A stretch of 62,267 nucleotides of DNA from a virus (taxonomy: Duplodnaviria > Caudoviricetes), in the IMG/VR virus record IMGVR_UViG_3300023210_000034, positions 1 to 62,267 of that record. The stretch is one strand, 5' to 3'. Below, one piece after another: positions 56,213-62,267 of this stretch. Each line of letters begins with the position of its first letter. The stretch's first letter is position 1. The translations under genes and the position numbers were made by a program. The notes below the pieces were generated by a model that saw nothing but the letters and a program-made list of their open reading frames with translations, did not search any database and was not told the DNA's origin.

Positions 56213-59200
56213 TGGTAGTATCCTTTGTGTTCTTGTATTTAGGTGTTTTGGCCTTCTTCGGAGCATTACCACGTCGTTGTGGGTTAGCATACACTGATGC
56301 CTTGGGGTCGCCAGCACCTAATGCCATATCGCCCCCAGTAGCTATGCTGCCGGTAGACATACCACCAGCGGTCTCTGATACATCAGTTTTACTATCATCG
56401 TTGATTTTTTGGTTGATATAATCTTTTACAGCTTTAATACTGTTGAAATGACTTTTACCTGAATTAGAGTCTCGATTATCCATCCAATATCCACCACGTT
56501 TCTGACCTCTCCGTGCTCCACCGCCATTAGGGTAATATTTCATACCTTTATATGTTAATGTAACTTCGTTGACAACAGAAACGTTCTCTGTGACTTCGGC
56601 TTTCTTCTTATTCCATGCTTCACGGATGCTTGCTGATGCCTTACGTGCTGCCGAACGTACACCTTTTTTACGAGAAGTCTTTAACTTCTTGGTTTTGGAC
56701 CGGATTTTGGTCTTCAGCTTATGTTCAGGGAGTGTTTGAACATCATCGGCTAGGTATTGCTCTGCCTTTTCTCGGGCGTTAGTGTATTCTTTTAGGTACG
56801 ATTCAGATATGCTTTCTTGAATGTCGTTCAATTCTTTGAGTGTTTTCTGTAGTTCAGTATCGTGATCCATAATGTTATCTCCTGTGATGTTCTCTTCGAC
56901 TTTTTTAAGACGGTCGTAATAGTCTGGAAATTCAGCGAGGTGATCTCTTGCGATCTCACTAGCTAGTGTTTCGTTCTCTGTGTGTTCTTTTTCTACATTG
57001 ATGCCCTTCAAGAGTTGTTGTCTGATTTGTTTGATAGGCACATCGTGCATCTTTGCGATTTGTTGAACACTTGGTGTTTGTGGACCCATTTGATCTTCGG
57101 TCACCAACTTCTTGGATGTAGCGATCAAAGTCGTGCCGTATCCCGCCTTGTTGTAATCATCACGCTCTTGGCGGTATGATTTATTGGCTTTACGCATTAA
57201 CTTGATAGCATCTTCTTCGGACATTCTCCCCGCACCAACTTCAGTATTCAACATAGCTTCATATGCCCAGATGTCATCTTCGATGTCCATCCCATCGGAA
57301 TTATCGTGGCGATCAGGTTCAGAATACACTTCATCATGTGCGCCATGTAAATGCCCATCTGGTCCAATCTCGACATTCTGGAATCGGTTGTTCTTTTTAC
57401 CAAGACGATAGGAATACACATTGATTCCTCGTGTCTTGAACAGCTTCGCCCACGCTTTGGCTGAACCGGGTGTTTGTGTTTTGTCTGATTGTAGGGTGTA
57501 TCCAAGTTTTTCAATACAGAATTTGTACAGTCGATACCCTAGACTCATGCCTTGGTATTCGGTGAGAACCCTAGAGTATTGGGTGATCCACGTTTTGCCT
57601 TCACGATATAGAGTGATCGCAGCTATCGGTTCATGTTTTTCCGGAGTGTACAACATGATCTCCCGACGATTGTATTGTCCTCTTATATTGTTAAGAGCAA
57701 CGGGATATTTCCCTATTTTACCCACCCATTCCAAGTCATCTGGTTCGCCCCATAAACCATAACTGGTGCCTATATCATCGACCTCATGTCCCATGTCGTC
57801 TCGGTTAACTTCATCAAGCTTCTCATCGGGCATCAACTTCTTGATACGTCCCTTGAAGATTTGCTGATCGCCTTTGTCGGTTTTAGCAATAGGTTGGTTG
57901 TTCTTGTCTTTCTTGAACCCTGTGATTGTTGCTTTACGGTTCTTGAACTTTCCAACCATCATTTCGTCATCTGTTTCAAGGTCAGGCAAGCTGATCTTTT
58001 CTTCTTGGATGCCCATGCCTTTCAACATCATTTGAACTCTTGGAGCACCAAACGATCCGTTCTTCACAGATACATCAAAGTTCTTTTTGAACCAACGAAT
58101 ATCTTGTAGGAATTCACGGTTCTCTGGCTCGAACAACAACTCTCCGTCCGATGACATTTCAAGCCGTCCCATGTGTTGATATTCCAGTCCTAACTTTTTA
58201 CACATCTCTACATGAATAGCATACGCTGCATCCCACCAATAAACTTTGTTGCCTTCTTCATCATAAAATCCACGTAACTCTTTCATGGATGATTCCTGTA
58301 GATGAGATGCCAACATATTGGCTGGTGGATTAACTAGTACCTTGAGTTGGATGCCTCTGCGTGGGATGGATACGTATTCAACATATTCTAATAGTTTGGA
58401 TTCTGTAATCTCATCCTTCTTGGTAATAATATCGTCATTATCTGTTTTAGCTTGAGCCACATAACGGTCATCGTCCATCTGAATCCATTTATGCCCATAT
58501 GGGGTAGTTAAAGATTCCAACAATGGCGGAACACCACCCTTGGTGACCTTGTTGCCAAACTTCTTGGCTTGTTTCTTGGTTTCATCTGGACCAACATCGA
58601 CTGTTTGGTTTTGCTTGGTGATGATGCCAACGCCTTCGGCCACCATTCCTTTCACCCAAAGTGGTCGCCACCCCATATCTTCTTCGATATAAAACACTGT
58701 GTCAATCCATCGGTTGGCTTCCAATTCATCGCGTATGGTTTCCTCGTAATCCAATTCACCACGTGCGGATAAGAAAAGGCGATTGCGTTCCTCATAGTCG
58801 AGACCCAGTTCCTTCACCATTGCGTGATGTATCAAGAACTCCGAATCCCACCAATAAACATGGTCATCATCATAATAGCCACGCAATTCTTGGTATTCTG
58901 AATTTTTCAACATTGCTATTAATTGTCGGCTGCTGGGGTTCACATACACCTCTGCCTCTTTATTGTCTCCATGCCGGGTAACAATATGCTTCAGTTCATT
59001 TAGTGTCTCAGTGCTTTCTTGAAACTGTGCTATCTTAGAAGGTTGTTTACCAGTACGAGCGAACAACTTTACTGCCTTACGAGTTTTGACGGCAAAGCCT
59101 TCTTCCCAGCCATATCCACTATCTACTGCTATGGATTCGATATCCATGCCAGCACTGAGGGTCATTCTCAGAGCGAGTTTTATGGTATCAACCTCAATCG

Positions 59201-59963
59201 ATTGAAAATATCCATTACCTCGTTCGAGAGAAAAACGAACCCAGCCGTTGTCGTACATCAACTCAGCCGTATGGTCACATAGAACGGCCTCGGCATCGTA
59301 ATACTCTTTATGTTTATGAACCACATCAGCAGGTAATCCAAACCAGTCAGGATGCTGATGTACGAATTGAGTATGATGGGCGTTATCAACTTTTATCATC
59401 TCTTTCGGAAAGGTCGGATGAATCCAGTATTTCAGTACATCCAATCCCTCTGATACCACTTCGGTGTCTTCGGTCATCGCGCTCAATGCCCGCTTGATGT
59501 TGCCGGATAATGGCTGACGTTGGCGACCAATCTCATCACGCTCATCAGGGAATACACTTAACTCTTCATCATCAGTCATCGGAACTGCCGAAGCATCATT
59601 CCCTACTTCTGGGTTTACGCCGTCTTCCCATGGACCAAAATGCCCAGTATCCTGCATGAATGCGAATGCTTGCATTGTTTCATATCGGTGCTGTTTCTTT
59701 GAATCGATGTTTCCCAAGTCATAATAGAACTCACGGGGAAGCAGGATATCTCTGCCATTGGACTTATCGATGACACGCCACATGCCATCTATTTCAACTT
59801 CTACCCAAGCATGACCAAATCGCTGACCACTAAGTGGTCCCTGCCCAGACACAACACCGTGTACCAAGTGAACAGTATCATCTCCATGAAGATTTTGGGT
59901 GTTTGCTTCGAGCATATACTTACCTGCTGCTGCGTAACAATCACCGCCGCCATTGCGTTCCAT
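56196..59963 (-). CDS. 1255-aa modular polyprotein-like protein (transglutaminase-like, duplicated module, GNAT, DUF5661-like)
   Basis: GDCY...HG...GHAWVE...ID; two ELRGxYD...YWWD...IH modules; V.TEYQGMSLG..LY...LQSD.TQT...AW..L; GINVEKEHT...EIARDHL.EFPDYY.RL. Confidence 0.8.
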   Translation of the reverse strand: MERNGGGDCYAAAGKYMLEANTQNLHGDDTVHLVHGVVSGQGPLSGQRFGHAWVEVEIDGMWRVIDKSNGRDILLPREFYYDLGNIDSKKQHRYETMQAFAFMQDTGHFGPWEDGVNPEVGNDASAVPMTDDEELSVFPDERDEIGRQRQPLSGNIKRALSAMTEDTEVVSEGLDVLKYWIHPTFPKEMIKVDNAHHTQFVHQHPDWFGLPADVVHKHKEYYDAEAVLCDHTAELMYDNGWVRFSLERGNGYFQSIEVDTIKLALRMTLSAGMDIESIAVDSGYGWEEGFAVKTRKAVKLFARTGKQPSKIAQFQESTETLNELKHIVTRHGDNKEAEVYVNPSSRQLIAMLKNSEYQELRGYYDDDHVYWWDSEFLIHHAMVKELGLDYEERNRLFLSARGELDYEETIRDELEANRWIDTVFYIEEDMGWRPLWVKGMVAEGVGIITKQNQTVDVGPDETKKQAKKFGNKVTKGGVPPLLESLTTPYGHKWIQMDDDRYVAQAKTDNDDIITKKDEITESKLLEYVEYVSIPRRGIQLKVLVNPPANMLASHLQESSMKELRGFYDEEGNKVYWWDAAYAIHVEMCKKLGLEYQHMGRLEMSSDGELLFEPENREFLQDIRWFKKNFDVSVKNGSFGAPRVQMMLKGMGIQEEKISLPDLETDDEMMVGKFKNRKATITGFKKDKNNQPIAKTDKGDQQIFKGRIKKLMPDEKLDEVNRDDMGHEVDDIGTSYGLWGEPDDLEWVGKIGKYPVALNNIRGQYNRREIMLYTPEKHEPIAAITLYREGKTWITQYSRVLTEYQGMSLGYRLYKFCIEKLGYTLQSDKTQTPGSAKAWAKLFKTRGINVYSYRLGKKNNRFQNVEIGPDGHLHGAHDEVYSEPDRHDNSDGMDIEDDIWAYEAMLNTEVGAGRMSEEDAIKLMRKANKSYRQERDDYNKAGYGTTLIATSKKLVTEDQMGPQTPSVQQIAKMHDVPIKQIRQQLLKGINVEKEHTENETLASEIARDHLAEFPDYYDRLKKVEENITGDNIMDHDTELQKTLKELNDIQESISESYLKEYTNAREKAEQYLADDVQTLPEHKLKTKIRSKTKKLKTSRKKGVRSAARKASASIREAWNKKKAEVTENVSVVNEVTLTYKGMKYYPNGGGARRGQKRGGYWMDNRDSNSGKSHFNSIKAVKDYINQKINDDSKTDVSETAGGMSTGSIATGGDMALGAGDPKASVYANPQRRGNAPKKAKTPKYKNTKDTTNGSKR

Positions 59964-59965
59964 AG

Positions 59966-62260
59966 TTAAATATCCGAGTAATCTTTACTGATGCCGCGAC
60001 TGCCGCGTCCACCTTTTCGCCTAACCTTTTCCAAATCATCAAATGCTTCGATCAATGAATCCATCATCAATTGAAGTGTTCCTTTGTCCATGAACCCTTT
60101 AGCACGACGCCAACTGTATGGGTGAACGCCAGTGGTTACTTTGACCAATTCCTTGAGCTTACCGCGAACGCTTGCCATAAGTGACTCGATGCTATAAATG
60201 CCCATACCTGCAACATACACGTGGGATTTACCAACGTTTTCGTTGTCTAGTTTGTATAGGTTCTCATGAAGTTGATTGTATTGTTTGAAACATTCGGTAA
60301 CTTCCAAGTGACGTAGCTGAGATGCAATCTTGATGATTTGATCTCCAACACGCTTGCGCATTTCTTTTTCTACCGGTTCTTTATCATTCAGCTTATCAAA
60401 TGCTTGAACAACCTTGGACAGTCGTTTGTATTGTGCCACAAGAAGACCCTTGTTACCACCGAACATCTGTCTGCCATAAAAAGGATCAGATGGTGAAATC
60501 ATATCACTTCTGCCACGCTTGCCGCTTGGCTTATGGTGTGGGTAATCAGTTTTGCGTTGAAGTGATGGCTCGACCTCGGACATAAAATCTTCATCGACGC
60601 CGACAATACTCGCGAACTTCTCTTTGGTGAAACCTCGTTCCATATCCCTTTCGAGGTTGCTTTTGCCTTCTCCGTCATGATCTTCTTGGAAGTTAATACC
60701 GCTCACGTCAAGTTCTGTGTCTGCTGTCGCATCAGGTTTTGCATGTGGGTCTGGTCCTTTGACGAAGGCTCGCATTTTGGCTTTATCATCAGGCATAAAG
60801 AAATCCTTATGTGCTTTATTATAACGGTCATTTGTCACGCTATCGACAGTGTTGATGGTGACTACTCGTGTATCCAACGACGCCGCCGTTCCCCACCAAA
60901 TTGGTGTCAATGCAGCTATTGCATCAAAGTGCCCCTCAAGAATTAGATGGGTATCATCGTCCGATTCAAAACGTATCAATTTATTTGCGAAAGCACCTTC
61001 ATAACTTTGATAATCGGCGAAGATGGCATCGTGATGACCAAATTTTGCAACATGTCTAACCGTTTTATCTGGATAAATCCAGCCGCCATATTCTTCTCTA
61101 TGAATAAGTTCACGAAGTTCATTAAGTTGCTGTTCTTGTACTGGGGTGTCCTTGCCAATACTAGATATCCATGCAATCATTTCTTTATTTTCTTCTGGCA
61201 AACGATAACTGAAGCTATTTCCGGCATATGGGTCGCCCCGTTCTTTTACTGAAATTCTCAAATGATCTGACTGTTTTGCAGTTGGCATCCATACACCACG
61301 CAATGCTTTGATATCTTCTTCGTATCCTTCCACACCAATCGAATTCTCGTTTTCTGTAATGAAGCGGATATACCCGTTATCGAACATGTAATGATACGCT
61401 CTTGGATATCCTAAGTTATCAGACATCGCGTTGGCGAGCGTTATATGTTGTTGATACGGAACATAGGTAATTTCTTTATCAGCCGCTATCCATCCACCAT
61501 AATTACTAACATCAATAAGTTCACGAAGTTCATTAAGTTGCTGTTCTTGAACATTCTCGGCGTCAGGTGTTCTAATAAATTCTCTGAGTTTTCTTTTGGC
61601 TTCCGGATCGTCTTGCATCTGGAATATAACATTTACTGATGCGTGTCGCTCTCCGCTATCTGGAACAACACTAATTCGCACCATATCAGTACGTTCGTGT
61701 GATGCCGTTGGCCACCATCTACCAAAAGTATTAACTAGTGCCGCCTTTGTGCCTTCTAAATTCAATTGAGGATTATAATCAGTTTCCACTCGAACATATC
61801 CCTCTTTAAACGCTTCTCCATAACTGGATATACCAAATGTTCTCATCATATGGCCCATATGACCATACTCTCCTACCTGCTCAATGGTTTTATCTGGGTA
61901 AATCCATGCACCGTATTCTTGTACATCAAGAGGTTCACGAAGTTCAGTGAGTTCTTCTTCACGAACATTTTCTTTATTCAATACAAATGCTCTCAGACGA
62001 CCTTTGTCCTGTGGCATCTGGAAACGATGGTTACCGTTATCGTCAAATGGTCCACTCCGTATGCCCCAGCGTGTCCCATCATCGGCTGCTAATTCAATGA
62101 AGACATCCTTTGATGTACCAGCAGTTCTCCACCAAACAGGAAGAGAGTTCTCGATAGCCTTTCTGGTGCCTTCTAGTGTAATATCGCCAAAGTTTGTGGT
62201 GAATCGAACGTGCCCATCGCCGAATGCTTCGGAAAAGGACATGTATCCTAGATTCTTCAT
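59966..62260 (-). CDS. Large repeat-containing protein (start at window edge uncertain)
   Basis: Three full and one partial repeat of about 140 aa beginning V(Q/R)E..L.ELRE.....YG.WI..DK. Confidence 0.75.
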   Translation of the reverse strand: MKNLGYMSFSEAFGDGHVRFTTNFGDITLEGTRKAIENSLPVWWRTAGTSKDVFIELAADDGTRWGIRSGPFDDNGNHRFQMPQDKGRLRAFVLNKENVREEELTELREPLDVQEYGAWIYPDKTIEQVGEYGHMGHMMRTFGISSYGEAFKEGYVRVETDYNPQLNLEGTKAALVNTFGRWWPTASHERTDMVRISVVPDSGERHASVNVIFQMQDDPEAKRKLREFIRTPDAENVQEQQLNELRELIDVSNYGGWIAADKEITYVPYQQHITLANAMSDNLGYPRAYHYMFDNGYIRFITENENSIGVEGYEEDIKALRGVWMPTAKQSDHLRISVKERGDPYAGNSFSYRLPEENKEMIAWISSIGKDTPVQEQQLNELRELIHREEYGGWIYPDKTVRHVAKFGHHDAIFADYQSYEGAFANKLIRFESDDDTHLILEGHFDAIAALTPIWWGTAASLDTRVVTINTVDSVTNDRYNKAHKDFFMPDDKAKMRAFVKGPDPHAKPDATADTELDVSGINFQEDHDGEGKSNLERDMERGFTKEKFASIVGVDEDFMSEVEPSLQRKTDYPHHKPSGKRGRSDMISPSDPFYGRQMFGGNKGLLVAQYKRLSKVVQAFDKLNDKEPVEKEMRKRVGDQIIKIASQLRHLEVTECFKQYNQLHENLYKLDNENVGKSHVYVAGMGIYSIESLMASVRGKLKELVKVTTGVHPYSWRRAKGFMDKGTLQLMMDSLIEAFDDLEKVRRKGGRGSRGISKDYSDI
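61103..61549 (-). repeat. 36-bp identical direct repeats (61103-61138 and 61514-61549) at repeat-module junctions
   Basis: AATAAGTTCACGAAGTTCATTAAGTTGCTGTTCTTG twice, encoding QEQQLNELRELI. Confidence 0.9.
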
Positions 62261-62267
62261 GCTCTAC

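Noticed and set aside
1-62267. CRISPR array, tRNA or rRNA genes
   Set aside because: No regularly spaced repeat-spacer units, and no cloverleaf with a T-loop consensus seen in the few intergenic gaps. A tRNAscan/Infernal run would be needed to exclude them fully.
1-62267. Genome-wide stop codon reassignment (TAG or TGA)
   Set aside because: Core genes (polymerase, thyA, DHFR) are uninterrupted in the standard code, and TAG/TGA end genes at sensible coupled positions.

Overview
This window is a 62 kb segment of a large T4-like (myovirus-type) dsDNA phage genome in the standard genetic code. Genes run on + from 1 to about 20.95 kb and almost all on - from 20.96 kb to the end. The left and central parts (1-32 kb) form a large modification island: 8 radical SAM enzymes (2 cobalamin-binding), 4-5 glycosyltransferase-like proteins, an NDP-sugar epimerase, an SDR, a methyltransferase, 4 putative 2OG-Fe(II)/AspH oxygenases and a fatty-acid desaturase. 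These are interleaved with at least five families of short, translationally coupled paralogous ORFs. The right part carries dCMP deaminase, ribosomal protein L33, thyA, DHFR, a second methyltransferase, a MoxR AAA+/VWA pair, a GIY-YIG/NUMOD3 homing endonuclease, an RNase H-like 5'-3' exonuclease, a HIT protein, a sliding clamp, a family B DNA polymerase and large modular proteins. The most notable observations are: (1) mini-genes at 72-1201 share a basic MGKxxxDxxRQxR leader, and two carry recognisable fragments of the T4-type major capsid protein, one matching the Gol-peptide region; (2) the large proteins at 56-62 kb look like polyproteins whose modules are separated by prohead-protease-type x-x-E sites; (3) small genes appear to have been inserted with duplicated gene junctions; (4) one radical SAM gene seems to need a non-canonical ATC start; (5) a nucleotidyltransferase-cupin gene survives only as a relic interrupted by a homing endonuclease fragment; (6) there are two candidate structured RNAs and a strand-skew switch near 20-25 kb. 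All family assignments come from motif recognition by eye; no database searches were run.
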